Notes under the pieces: model-generated
Database searches by the model: none
What the model was told of the DNA's origin: nothing
Seen by the model: the letters and a program-made list of their open reading frames with translations, nothing else
Translations under genes and position numbers: made by a program
Shown here: in pieces, positions 51,111 to 64,000 of the stretch
Layout: every line of letters starts with the position of its first letter
Position numbering within the stretch: position 1 is the stretch's first letter
NCBI GenBank assembly: GCA_000165425.1
Contig: CT867997.1
Span: forward strand, 558,001 to 622,000
DNA from: Paramecium tetraurelia
Taxonomy: Eukaryota
Direction of reading: 5' to 3'
Length of the DNA: 64,000 nt

Positions 51111-53422
51111 TCATTTCAATATTTACATTCCTTATCTATTTTAAATTGAAATTACTTGATTTTCTTAATGTAAAATTAATTCCCCTAAAATTATTAATTG
51201 TTTATAATACCTCTAATAAACACTGAGTCAACTGAACCTAAAAATAATCTATTCTTAAAGATGTGTTTCTCAAATGAAAAATTAAAAATGTGATTGATTT
51301 TTTCGAAATTCAGTTTCCATGCTTTCAATGGATCAAATACGACTAAATCTGCTACCTTTCCTACTTCAATACTTCCCCTGTCTTTGAGATTCAAATATTG
51401 AGCTGGTCCTGAAGATACAAGTTATTGGAGTTAATTAAGTTTCGACACCATCCTTTTGTATTTTTGATTATTATTGTCCTTATTGTAGAAAGCCTATTTG
51501 ATGACATTAGGATCTTGATCCTTTTTACAAAATAACAAAGTCCACAAAGCTTAGAAAGTGCATCCCACACTGCATAATCCACTTACAGCTTTTCGAAAGT
51601 CTCCTTATTCTTCGAATTTGTACAACCCATTAACATAGAGGTGTGAACTTGATATACTACTAATCCAATTATTTTATGAAATCCCTTTTTATAACAATTG
51701 TTTATTGTATTTTTATCGAATTGGAGGATCAGATTTGTATTTAGTTACTCCATCACCTATGTCATCACTATCTAATAGGAGATAGGGATATCCTATATCA
51801 CTAAAAACTTAGTTATTGATAAGCTCTTTTATCTCAACCAAAGAAAAGGAAGAAGAAAACCCATGTAGAATTATGTTGCATTTGAATTATTGTTTGATCA
51901 TCTTTTTCACTTTTTGAATAGCAAATTTTTCCCATGTTGCAGGTCGAAAGGCTAAAAAACATAAATAATCTCTGTTGAATCTATTATTGTTATTTTAATT
52001 TTATCGAGGCCTTGATTCTGAGAAATTGAGCAATAACATATCCCCAGATCCATGCTTTACATTTGACTTATCTTCCACTTGATGTAAGACCAACGCAAAT
52101 CCAGTTTTGGATTGTCTTCTTTGTAAGAGTCCCTAAGTAGTTTAAGCTCTTGATCTTAGTCTGCACTCAGATTTTAGAGAGAGACTTTCTGGTGATGATA
52201 TGTCTGAGGATTGTATAGACATTTGAGGACTGTGTCTTTGGTTGGAATCCTATTAGTTTGAATCCTTCTTTGATCCTAAAGGTGATTCTTGATCTTGAGT
52301 GGAAGGCTTAGTTTCTATCTTATATGAAGGATATTATAAGGGTTATTGTTATTGTTATTATTATTGTTATTATTGCGATTGTATACTATCGGCATCATCA
52401 TAGGGGAATTTATAATTTTATTCCATCTTTGGAGCATCCTTATATGTTATAAGTTCAGCTCTACTAATCAAAGAGATTTATGATTGCTCAGTAATCTATT
52501 TCGATTTTAATTTATAAATATTGGATTATAGTTTGGGTGATTGTGGAGCATCGTATTAATCATCAAATTCTGAAATTCTCTTCTCATCTGAATTCTTATA
52601 TTTTTTAACTATATTGATTGGAATAGATACCTATATCTTTAATAGGAGAATTGCTTTCATTCAGATAATCGATTTGTTACAAATATTTGGGATCATCATT
52701 TTGGATATTTTCATCGTCGCTAATGCATGATCCTGAGACTCCATCCGCATCAACCAAATCTAATTAAGATATATTCAATCGCTCGGCAAATGGTTTATTT
52801 CTGAAAGGCGATGTTATACCCAAATCTTTGTCAACAGTGTTTTGAGTATGTATAAATAGACAGGCTGAGGAAGGCAATTGTTATAAAACTTATTGAAATT
52901 ACTGGAGATCTTTAAAATATGTTCCCGAATAGGAAGGCAGCAAATGACAGTCGAAGCAGAATGCTCCTAACTTCAATAGTTTATCAATCTATACAAATAT
53001 AGGACTTGACTTTGTACATCCTCTTTTTATCGAATTTTAGCCATTTAAATAAAATCAGTTTGTGATTTGGATTGCAATTATAGGACTTGGGATTGGAATT
53101 ATTCTTGAGCATCCATCTCAAGATTCAGTTAATAAGGTTTGTTAACTATTAAGGATGTGCCTCCAACAATTGCCAATCTATTAGTATAAAGTTCATACTT
53201 AGTAAATTCTTCAATATGATTCCACATGCTTAATGATACATTAGTATCAATGGCTGCTGGCATGAGCACTTAATTGTCATACACGTATTTAATAGGGTAT
53301 TGATCTAATAATTCATTAGGTTCATGTAATATATGTTTAATGTACTCACCCTCAATGCACACATATCCACTTATCAATTGATCTTTGTACAGTATGTATT
53401 TGCTCTGTATTGAGTACTTCAT
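51111..53422 (-). CDS. Allantoinase/dihydroorotase-like amidohydrolase, probably catalytically inactive
   Basis: GYVCIEGEYIK, LMPAAIDTNVS, AIVGGTS, RPA.WEKFAI, KYKSDPPIR, GDFRKAVSG, DRGSIEVGKVADLVVFDP; large low-complexity insert. Confidence 0.85.
52343..52375 (-). repeat. (TAA/CAA)n trinucleotide run encoding poly-Gln
   Basis: CAA TAA TAA CAA TAA TAA TAA CAA TAA CAA TAA in frame within the amidohydrolase insert. Confidence 0.75.
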
Positions 53423-53439
53423 AAATTAAATAAAATATT

Positions 53440-54927
53440 ATGATTACTACTGAAATAAATTCAAAAGACCCTATTGCTAATATGAGCTTGAATGAAAATT
53501 AAGTAGAGGACAGGGAAAATAAGGTAAGCAAATGATTAAGTAGAGTCCAAATGAGTTCATAGTTGTAGAGGTTGAGAAATAATAGGAATAATCCGCATTG
53601 TAAGAGATCTATGAAGAATAATTAGACAAGCAATAATTGAAGCTCAAGGAAATGGAGAGATTGGAAAGAATCAAAAAGTACTTACTCAAGATCATTATCA
53701 ACTAGAATACCAATCACTTTGAAAAGATAGCTCTCTACAATTAATGAATTGTCAGACCAATCTATCAATAATAGTTATTCTCCTCAAATTGATGTTGAAC
53801 ATCATCAACCTAAAATACTCAATAAAGATGTAAGATATCAAATTAACTAAATAGATTTTATTTCAAATCCTGGAAGAAAAAAATAAACAAGCAGAGCAAA
53901 TCTAGGTAGATAAGCAAAAATAACAAAAGAAGAAATTGAAGAAGAAAAAGAAGAAAAAGCAATTATCTCGACAATAAACCTAAACATCCTTGCCTATTCC
54001 AGAGATTAAATACCAATAAAATATCAACTTCAAATATTATTACGGAGATAAGAGAATAGATTGTAGTTGGAAATTATTGTTTAGTTATTTTACAATCATA
54101 ATATTAAGTAATATCACCCTTTAAACTATTGAGATAATCAGGTATTCTGAAAGTGTGTGTAAACTAAAAGGAATGGAGAATGTATTTATTTATGCGAATT
54201 AATTATTCTATATCTTGGGGAAGATTGGATTGTTAAGTTTAAACTATCAAGAATTTACAAATACCTTACCTAATAAATCCAAAATTCCCTTATTCAATTC
54301 AGTTGTCTTTAGCTCAGTCTTTGTTGTGTTATCAATGCCATTATACGTTTTTGATTTTGTCTCATGTTAACCACGGAGTAAATTGATAACCCTATAAGAG
54401 AGTCTTCAAATATTGAACTTTTTTGATTGGGGAATGATAGCAGTTTTGGCAATCATAATTATTATGCATTCCTGTCTGAAGATTTCACTTAAAAAGAAAA
54501 CCTGGAAGAAATTGAAGTAAATCATTCCAAAATTAATAGAAAATTTCTCAAAGTGATCTATTATCTATTATTACTCCTTGTACATCTTCTATAAGTTTTA
54601 GTCACTGCGACTTAAAACTTTAAACCCTTTATGCCTGCCATGATAATGGAAAACTTTTATCTTTGTTTTTCCCTCTTGGCAATGATCTATTTATCAATTA
54701 GAAAGTTCTGTTTTCATCAAGAACCCTTTCAATTCACACATCAAAAACTGTCTAATGAACCTGTGATATTAATTTCAGATGAGAAATTGAATAATTGGGG
54801 ATAAGAAGAGAAATTCTCAGATAACGACTCCGTTAAATAGAGTAAGAGAGCAAAACTAAGTCCATCCACAAGTTAATTCAATAGTCAATAAATTCCAAAC
54901 ACTAATTTTCTGCCTTAAAAAGACTGA
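53440..54927 (+). CDS. Multi-pass membrane protein with a charged N-terminal region
   Basis: Coiled/Lys-rich N-terminus then several hydrophobic segments; multiple tiny introns; TGA at 54925-54927. Confidence 0.6.
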
Positions 54928-54970
54928 AATAACTTTATTTATTTATTTTATTTAATTATTATAACCAAAA

Positions 54971-55663
54971 ATGCTGATCTTGGCTGGAATGAAGTTAAAG
55001 GATTTGTCTGAACAAACCCAAGAGTCTCAACCAACTATCAAACACTTAGATGTTTCTGTAACCAAATTTTATTATTTTAGAGTAATCTATTAAAATCTGG
55101 AAAGGAATTAGCTATGTTTCCAAATTTGGAAACCTTGATCATAGATAATAATTATTTCTTCAGATTAGATGACTTTCCAGTCTTACCAAATTTAATAACA
55201 CTTAGCGCAAACAAAAATACTTTCAATAATTTTGACATGTAATCAACTTCTTTATCTCAGGTTTATACAACATTGCAAAGAGAAGTTTCCTAGGCTAAGT
55301 CATCTCAGTTTAATAAAGAATCCCATCTGTCCCATGTTTACCTAAGGGGAAGAAGAGAATATAAAGTATTAAATTATCGTCATCAATAGTTATCGAGCAA
55401 AATTCATTTAGGAACTTCCTTAATTAAAAAATCTAGATGGTACTCCTGTTAATCCATTAGAGGCAGATCCTAATTTTTAAAAGCTTTAATAGTAAGCAAA
55501 ATAATAACAAGTCTAAGTAAGTTGACCTTATTATTGTTTGTAGAATTATGATGAACAAAAGAGAGGAACAATCGATTATAATGCCAAATATCAAAAACCT
55601 AATAGTAAAACTGTAAAAACCAAAAGTGAAGGAAATAGATTTGTTAAAAACACGCATTTATGA
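54971..55663 (+). CDS. LRMDA: LRR protein, LRMDA (C10orf11)-like
   Basis: LETLIIDNN, LITLSANKN, FPRLSHLSLIKNPICP, YRAKFIQELPQLKNLDG, and C-terminal signature SEGNRFVKNTHL*. Confidence 0.75.
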
Positions 55664-55765
55664 TCATATAGTAATCAATATTTTTCGAAAATTATTATGC
55701 TAATTTCAAAAGATTAATTATTAAACTCTAATTAAAGCCTTTAATATTAATCCAACTTTATTAAT

Positions 55766-55772
55766 AAAAAAA
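55766..55772 (-). terminator. Pol III oligo-T terminator of the 5S gene
   Basis: T7 run on the minus strand immediately after the 5S 3' end. Confidence 0.8.
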
Positions 55773-55892
55773 GGGTTGTCAACACGAGGACTTCCCAAGC
55801 GGTCCCCCACCTTAGTACTAACCTCGCCTTAAGCCGCTTAACTTCGGAGTTCGAATGGGATCCGGTGCTTTAGGCTTAGTATGGCCGACAAC
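55773..55892 (-). rRNA. 5S rRNA: 5S ribosomal RNA (120 nt)
   Basis: GTTGTCGGCCATACTAAGCCTAAAGCACCGGATCCCATTCGAACTCCGAAGTTAAGC...TTAGTACT...GACCGCTTGGGAA...TGTTGACAACCC; terminal helix GTTGTC/GACAAC. Confidence 0.97.
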
Positions 55893-56499
55893 GATATTAA
55901 TATAGCTTATTAATATTTATAATCCTAAATTAATTTTATTTACTAATAAAAACATCATATTATTAAATAAATTTTAATAGATATTAGTGAAAAGAATGTT
56001 AAATAGTGCATTCTATTTTGTGCTTCATCCATCTTCTCATTAAAAGAAACTTATCTATGATACTATTATAAAAATGGAAAATTTATAAGTGGATTAATCT
56101 TATAATCTAATTTTATTTTTTATTCAATAGACATTTTGTTCTTTAATATTATTTAATTATAATTTTATAAATCATACTAGATTTATTGTGGTTTTAAATC
56201 AGATAAGTTTTATGATGATTATTTCTACTATTAATAATATATTGTTCTCTAAAGGAAGATGGAGAATAAATTCTAAAATAATTATATTTCTATTAATATT
56301 ACGACTAATAATTTAATTGAAGATATTTTGATAAATTCACAATATCTACTGCCTTAACCTTTTTCATTTTTCTACTTTGATGAGTAATATTTAATGTCTA
56401 TATGTTTTCCTACAAATAATCATTGTCAGTCGGAGTTTATCAAAAAAAATATCTATTAAAATGATCAATAGTTTAAAAAGGGATTTTAATTAAATAAAT

Positions 56500-58928
56500 A
56501 TGAGTAATACAAAAGACAAGGAGCTATTTGAGAGCTACACCAATGAAGTTTGCTAACTAATGAGATCAGATAAGAATGTCTAAATGTCAAAAGCTAGATA
56601 CTTGCCTTTATATAAGTAATACTTTTGTGAATTATATTTTAAGTTGGACATATCAATTTAAGAATGATCAAGTAATGGGATTAAAGTAGATTTTTGAAGA
56701 TTGGCTATTAAAATACTTGAACACCTAATTGATACCAGAATTATTAAACTCCTAAGACTTTATCTCAACATTTATTTTTGAATAGGCTCTTTTTAAAAGC
56801 TTATTAAGATATTTATCAATTCTTTTCTTTAATTATGATGCCGAGAGAGGGTCTCCTTAATTATATATAGTGGAATTAGGTCTTTTAAACTTTGATAAAC
56901 TTGTGCTTTCCAACGACACACTTAAATAGAGATATAAAGAATCATTTATTAATAGACTGAATTAGATAAGACTTAGTAATAATCAAAATCAGAAATAATA
57001 ACTACTAACATTCCTTGAAGTAATATTTTTATTAAAATTATAGATTTTTGATCTAAATACTCTAGCTTAAAATTAGAGATTGGAAATCACTAGTATTGAT
57101 TAGCAAGTTATAATTTAAGTGAGACAAAAAACTCCAAAAATGGTTAATTTGCCTTCTCCTCAAAACGTTTGTGATAATTTTCTATTTGATGTAATTTAAG
57201 AGGCAACCAAAAAATTCTATTCAGAATTATCCCAAACATGGATCGCCAGAGGATCTAGTACAGAATATGTGAAGCAAGCGGCAAATTAAATATTGATAGA
57301 AGAATCATTAAGAGAGCAGCTTTACCAAAAATTCTCCAGATCAAATGATATCATGAAAGTATTTATTTGCGAGATGCTTGAATAAAATGTGGATTAAATC
57401 ATCTAAAACCCTCAGGATGGTTTGTATCAACAATTTCTTTAATTGAGAAACAGTTCGGATCTATCACCAATCCTAAAATTGTATTAATTATACAAGAACA
57501 CACCAAATTACATTGAAAACTAATTAAAGGAGTTTTAGAAATTCGTCCAAAATCAAGTCACTTAAATGTTAACAGAATCTGAAGAACCTGGTTAACCTGG
57601 TTAACAATAATAACTTCAATAAAAATAGGCACAATAACAATAAGCTAATAGAAGTTTACAGATACATATTGCATAAATTGATAATCTCTAAAAGACTTAT
57701 GAATATTGCTTAAGATTAGTGTAAAATTGTTTTGAAGGATCCCATAGATTTAGAAATAATATGGAATTGGCATTTAAGGAAAAACTAAATTAAGCCGATA
57801 GATTTATGGATAAATTATCTATTTATATTCACGTGTCTTTGAAAGACAAATTAAAGGAAACTAATAATGAAGAGGATAGATAAAAATTTGAAAAGTTCAA
57901 CAAGAACATTCTTGCCTTCATCTAATTTATTAATAGCAAAGGCAAATTGTTTTAAAAGATAACTGACAACCTCAAAAATAGAATTTTTAGAGGGGAAATT
58001 AAGAATTTTGGATATGAAGAAGAATTTCTGAAATCATTAAGAAGAGAACATCCTGAACATTTACCATCTGATTTATTAACAGTTTGGAAAGATTATAAAT
58101 ACTATAGGAATCTAGATAATGAAATATAAACTCTATTGTCTAATAAAAAACTATTGCAAAATGCCTAAGCTCAATTTACTATATTTACCAGAACTAATTC
58201 ATTAAAGGAATTTAATACTTAAAATAAAAAAGACAACTTTATTCCTCCAAAAATGATCAAAGACGCTATATCCTAAATGGAACTGTTTTATTAAACAAAA
58301 CAACAAACAGAAAAAAAGTAATTAGTTTGGAATTTCAGAATAGGACAAACATTGATTAATTATAAGTAATTATTATATTCACCTTCTAACTAGGTTTGGA
58401 CCATCTGTCTAATAAGTAGGAAAGATCATCGTCTCTAATTTACAACTTTTCGTCATTCTTTACTTGAAGTAATTTGGAAGTAGAACCAAATCAGAATTAT
58501 TAAATGACACAGGTATTAACTATGATGAAGAATTGACTTAATAAATGGAAAACCTTTTGGATTTAAGAATTATTGTTGAGAATGAAGGAAAGTTTTACCT
58601 TTAAACTGATTAAACTAAATTAAAAGTATAGCTTGTTCCCAACAGGCCAATTACTTTAGTACCAAAGAAGGTTGGAGAAAATACTGAGGACTAAATTATG
58701 TTGAAAAAAGAAAGAGATCTTAAAATTTAATCCAGCATTGTAAGATTGATGAAGACAAACAAAGAAATGTATTATCACTAAATATGTGCTGGAGTGCAAA
58801 AAGGATTGCTTGGATATTATGATTTTTTTTCTTAGGATATCTTAGCTTAAATTGATGAATTAATCAATTCAAATTACATTAAAAGAGACGAGAGAATTAA
58901 TAATAAGTTTCTATACACACCTGTGTGA
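56500..58928 (+). CDS. Cullin family protein
   Basis: FFFNYDAER, cullin-homology region (LFQKITDNLKNRIF; LVWNFRIG), winged-helix C-terminus ERDLKIQSSIVRLMKT (neddylation Lys) ...LINSNYIKRD...FLY. Confidence 0.88.
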
Positions 58929-59044
58929 TATGTATAATGAAACATTATAACATTATAAAGATATTATTTATCAATTAACAAATCTAAATATATTAATCTA
59001 AGGATTTTATTTTTTATTACTTCATTCTCTCCCCTATGTTAACA

Positions 59045-60546
59045 TATCAATGCCATATATCTATTTTTTAATTACTTTCTTTCTCAAATGAATTTTTTAC
59101 ATTTTATATACTCTCGCCTATGGTCCAGTAATCCTTTCAAACCCTAGAATTAAATTTTAAAATAATTCTATTGCTTTAATAGAAGAATTCAAAAGTATAA
59201 AATTAATAAATAAACAGATCGAATACTATATATTGTAACTTTATTAAATCGGCATCTCTTTTTGAACATAATCAATCCTGGAAACCAGTTTACATTTTGC
59301 ATTAATATTTAAAGAATCAAATAATTGCAATAATTTTAGAGCCTCTCTTAATTTGAAGAATATATCTAATCATTATGAAATAAAGCTATTTTCCCCCTAA
59401 TTTATACTTGAATTCAATAGTTCTTTTTTTTGACATATTTGTCTATTATAAATCACATTTCATTAGTTTTAAGAATTGATTTTAGAGATACCTCATTCCT
59501 TAAAATCTATATAATATTCTTTTCCTATCTCTTTACTAGAAATTTATAGGATTGAGTTCCTAAAAGACCTTATATTGTTAAGTAAAGAGATTATGCTTAT
59601 TGATTTAATTTCCAAAGACTATGAAATAAAGATTATTTATAGGATATTTACATTTCTTTTTAAAGAGTTTTATTAATAATTAATTTGTAATTAATATTTT
59701 TTATTGAAAATCTTCCTAGATTGCAAATGTGCTATTGACATTCAATAGCTAATTAGTAAAATAAAGGAATAGAGAAATTCAAAATTTAAAAAGGTTATTA
59801 AAAGGTTACATTCCTATTTTATAGATCATTTTATTCTTATATTCTGTTGAAAAGATTTATCGATTAATATTGCAATTATTAAGATAAAAAACATAAAAAT
59901 ATAATAAAATCGAACAAAACTTTTGATCTTATTTATATAATCATGGCATATCTTTTAAGAATGCAGGTTATCTGTATCCATTTTAAACAAGAAAATTCTT
60001 AAATAATTAAGATGCTTGTAAATTGGATAACTTAAGTTATAGATTATTAAGTTATTAAGCATTCTTTTACAAATAAGCCTAATCTCTTTCTTGTAATTTA
60101 ACTTTAATTTTCTCTTGTAGATCTTTCATTTTTTATTTTTAATCTTCTTAGATTTAAAGTTCTGGTTTAACAGTTTGCAGTGTCCTTACTCGATTTCCTT
60201 CTAAGCTGATTTTATTTAGTTTTAAATAGGATTAATCTGTGAGAAGATGTTTAATAACTTTTTTATGTTATTCCTCGTTGGTTTACTTTTAGACATTAAC
60301 AATTTGATTCATTTTATTTAAGCTTGTAGATGTTTTGAAAAAGTTTTTGTTGTCTTGAGTTATCAAACTATCGCTTTTAACTAGAGACAGAGTGCTTGAT
60401 TTTTCTGTTCTAAGTGGCTTGAAATGTTTTTGTTTAGTAAGATAATTATCTTTAGACAGAATTTTTTACAATCTAAAAAGGGAGCCCTAGGTGTTTAACA
60501 AATTATTCAAAGCTTATGCATTCTATCTATTTTTAACATTTGACAT
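59045..60546 (-). pseudogene. Hypothetical or degenerate gene(s)
   Basis: MSNVKNRQNAQALNNLLNTQGSLFR... reads well for ~200 codons, then loses a clean frame; a separate fragment LILGFERITGPQARVY lies near 59100. Confidence 0.35.
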
Positions 60547-60560
60547 TCTTAATAAAATTA

Positions 60561-62172
60561 ATGTTAAGACGAGATAGTACATTAAGTAAATAATCTCAGG
60601 ATGAGGAGAACTAGACAAAATCTGAGAGCGAGGTTTTGAGACTAATCCAGATATTAAGTTTGGAATCATAGGAGAGAACTTTAATGCAATTGAATTATGT
60701 AGCCAGAAAATTAGAACGATCCTTTACATATTTCAAGTATTAGATATCCATCATGATAGAAAATTAAAATCATAATTGAGAGAAGACATTCTCTTGAAAT
60801 TAATAAAGTCATTGTTAATCGAGAGATTCAAACAGTGTGAGGTGGTGTTTAATTAAGGAGAAACTGGACGAAAAATGTATTTCATTTTAGAGGGGGAAGT
60901 ATCAATCCTTGTTAAAAATCAAGACCATTTCGACACTTCCATCAACTAGAAAAAAAGTAATCTGAATTCTATATGATAGGTAAATTGAAAAAATTTGAAG
61001 ATGTTATGGCTATTCGTTATCCTAATTTTAGACAAGTGGCTGTCAAAAAGTAGTTTGATTATTTTGGAGAAATTGCAATCGAATAGAGGATACCTAGAAC
61101 AGCAACAGTGATTGCAAAAGAAGCCACAACTTTGGCCGTGTTAACTTATGAGTCTTATTAAAAATTGCTAAGAGATATTACGTAAGAAGCTATAACAATA
61201 AGATCAGAACTCATTACCTAAATCTACCCTTTTAATTAACTAAATGAAACCTCATTGCAATAATTATTACATGATTATGAAGAAATTAACCTAAATGGAG
61301 GAGCATTATTATTTAAAAGAATGTAGAAAGCAGATTGTCTCTATTTAATTATCTCAGGAGAAGTCTTAGTTTAAAAATGGGAAGATGTAAAAAATAAAGA
61401 TGAATTCGAGGAGGAAAATTTAATAGAAACTAATATGATGAGCAAATCCAACAAATAATTAGTGAATCTAGGAGTTTTTGGCAGAGGATAAATGATAGGT
61501 GATTTTGAACAATTCTTAAATCTAAAATAGACAATTCCATTAGTTAGGTGTACCCAAGGAGTTGTCTAAAACCAGGCTAAAATTTTTAGAATAGGGCAAA
61601 ATTAGTTTAATGAAATTATAAGACATACCTTAGGAATGGGCTGGTATGAAAATTATTTAATTGAAAAATATTAACAAAAGCGAAATAATAGCATCCCCAA
61701 GATTAAATTGACAACTAGAAATGTCAGAACACAATCAAATGTAACTATCTTAAATGGTTTCAGAGATCAATCTTACATTAAAATATCTAGTAACAAATAC
61801 AAAATAATTAAAAATGTTGAAGAAAAATTACCAACAGTCTCAAAATAATCTCCTAAAAGAAAATTGTAGTTAACAATCGATTATAAGGATAAGACTAATC
61901 TTAAATATTATAATGTCGTAACTCCCCTCCAAAATAAACCACCTTTAAATTCTAACCAAAATTTTACAATGAAATTCTTTGCTTCTTCTATGAAACAGAA
62001 GATCTTAGATTAAAAAAATGAAGAAACTATTTAAAATTTTGGATCTTCAAAGTATCTAAAAACTGAACCTTCTAGTGATTATAATATTCCAACCTGCGGT
62101 ACAATTCTATTGTCTCCAAGATATTCTAAATTTATTAAAAAAGAAACTAGTTTTCATCGATTTAAATCTTGA
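60561..62172 (+). CDS. Soluble protein with two cyclic-nucleotide-binding domains
   Basis: VFNQGETGRKMYFILEGEV...YFGEIAIEQRIPRTATVIA; second domain LYLIISGEV...GQMIGDFE. Confidence 0.85.
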
Positions 62173-62594
62173 TTTGATTTTAATTATATTAAATTTAAAA
62201 TATAACTTTCTTATTATTTACCTTATCTATTTCTTATAATATCAATAATTAATCATATTAATATTTATTATCCGTATGCTAAATAGGATATTCTTCATAA
62301 TTAAACAACAAACACTAGATAATTCAATGAAAATTAAAGAAAATCATTTAATAATATGCTTAAAATCTTTTTAACTAATGAAACTATTCTTCAGCCTTGG
62401 GCTCCTCACTGAAATTTTTAGTTTATATTGTTTAAAATGATAAATATTGCGTATAACATCAAATTTAGATTAATTAATTAATGAAATAAGAATTTTTAAT
62501 TAATTATAATTCTTTAACCAATTAAGTGAAATAAAGCAATGATCATAGAAATATTATACTTGTTTGATAATTTATAATCATATTGTCATTTTTT

Positions 62595-63030
62595 TCATTA
62601 ATCTATTTTATGGAAGATTTCTGATGCATAAATCCGCTTTATCATCAGAAATTTTATCGAGATCATCAAATTCATAATACTTTTCAGTGAGCCCTTAAAT
62701 TTAATTAGTTACTGCAAATCTCTGCTCGGATCTATTTCTTTTAGATTTTCTGTTTTCATACTTTTACCATCTTTGAGTTTAGCTCTTCTACCTTTTTTTA
62801 GCTTTATTTCCAATTTAGAGAAAATTCAATTAAGGATCTTCATCCTCTGATGTTGCTTTAGGTTAAAACTTGTCTGTATATCGCTTTCTTTGCTATCTTA
62901 TTTATTCCTCCTCTAGAATCTATCTTCTGATTTGATTTTTAGGTTCGTACTATTAAATCATAGAGGAACTACAAACAGATGGTACAACTTTTTTTTCTTG
63001 CGAAGCATTTTTCTTTTTGTTTTGCTCCAT
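62595..63030 (-). pseudogene. Gene relic / hypothetical fragment
   Basis: Protein-like pieces (YEPKIKSEDRF...QTSFNLK; EKYYEFDDLDKIL) interrupted by TGA and frame changes. Confidence 0.3.
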
Positions 63031-64000
63031 ACTGTTCCAATAAAAAAATGAGAGAATCATTAAAATGAATAGGATTGAGTTACTTGTTTTTAGAAAATTA
63101 AATTAATTATTAGTTCTTGAAATGAATAAAGAGATAAAAATAATATTAATATTTAAATTCAACATTTTAGTAATAATAGACATTTATACTCTTTAGTTTC
63201 AATAAAGGCTAACAGATAATTCCTACACCTAATTTATTTTCATTGTTTTTAAATAGTTCTCTATAATTCAAGTATGCCAAAGATCATCTGTTTTGTTTAT
63301 TAAGATTATAAATGAAAATTTATGAGTAAACCATTAATTTATTTGTTCTGAAAAGGACCAAAAATCTTTAAATTGACATATCGATCATCTTAAATTCTTT
63401 TTTAACAATAGATAATTTATGGTTCAATTTGACAGAGTTAATAATATATATTGTCATAAAGAAGACTAAAATAATTAACGTATATATCTCCGCAATACTA
63501 AAAAAAGACCATAAGCTTAAATGAATATGATTTAATAAAATAAATGAAATATACTCAAAGTCAGATAATAGAGATAAATAAATAGAATAATATATATTTA
63601 TTAATGAACAAGAATACGATCTTTAAATACTACATAAGTGATTTGAATTAAGGATACCAAATGGTAATAAATCTTATTTTTAGATCAGTTATGATATCAA
63701 AATAAGCAAAAGAAAATGATAAATTACATAATATAATTTGCAAAGTGAATTTTACATTAAGGTTCATTAATTAGAATAAAAAACTTAGTATGATATTTAA
63801 AAGGATAATCAAAACTTAAATATAAAATTTAATATTTAGCAGTAAATCTTTATTTAAATTAATAATAAAGGTATAGTTAAAGTCTTAAGGTATGAATCTT
63901 TAAAACAGTATTAAATTTGTTATTATTATATATAGCTTTAAATGAATTTTGATTTCACTAATAGATTTAAACAAGGTTTAAATAAAAGAGTTCAGATACT

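Noticed and set aside
57583..57620. Direct repeat AACCTGGTT x2
   Set aside because: In-frame EPGQPGQQQQ low-complexity insert of the cullin, not a target-site duplication
4780..62172. Apparent Ca2+/cyclic-nucleotide signalling cluster (Cav-like channel, 5-phosphatase, EF-hand kinase, CNBD channels, MCU, CNBD protein)
   Set aside because: These families are greatly expanded in Paramecium and are interleaved with unrelated housekeeping genes; nothing indicates functional clustering
63030..64000. Gene-free AT-rich right end as possible germline-limited DNA or subtelomere
   Set aside because: No G3T3/G4T2 telomeric repeats, terminal inverted repeats or transposase fragments were visible; it cannot be told apart from decayed intergenic DNA by eye
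1..64000. tRNA genes, retained IESs and intact transposons
   Set aside because: No cloverleaf with A/B boxes, no TA-bounded insertion interrupting a conserved CDS, and no DDE or RT ORF recognised; tRNAscan-SE and a MIC/MAC comparison would be needed to exclude them

Overview
AT-rich, gene-dense eukaryotic DNA from a ciliate macronuclear chromosome, most likely Paramecium. TAA/TAG read as Gln and only TGA stops, introns are tiny (~20-30 nt, GT-AG), and there is a ciliate-type 5S rRNA. The supplied ORF track uses a standard/bacterial code, so it fragments or mis-frames most genes; I re-translated by eye with code 6 plus introns. About 40 protein genes are supported. Chaperone, metabolic and RNA-related genes: DNAJC7-like TPR/J protein, citrate synthase (with a +1 frameshift), YhhN-like protein, nucleotide-sugar transporter, inactive allantoinase-like protein, RPF1, MPP6-like protein, TFIIS, HTH protein. 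Signalling and channel genes: a four-domain Cav/Nav-like channel, inositol 5-phosphatase, CK1, Sec14/BCH-RhoGAP, EF-hand kinase, LRR-TKL kinase, two CNBD channels, MCU-like protein and a soluble CNBD protein. Others: FN3-RCC1 protein, two dynein-light-chain-like genes, Tvp15-like protein, importin-alpha-like protein, SHIPPO-repeat protein, VAP, LRMDA-like protein and a cullin. RNA genes are a U4 snRNA with its upstream element and one 5S rRNA. The most notable items are the N/D/D/N channel filter, the MCU with WNVCEP in place of WDxxEP, a divergent TFIIS, the pseudo-allantoinase and gene spacings of 2-27 nt. I saw no CRISPR array, intact transposon or telomere, and no convincing novel multi-gene system. 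All calls are manual motif recognition without database searches, and exon boundaries are approximate.
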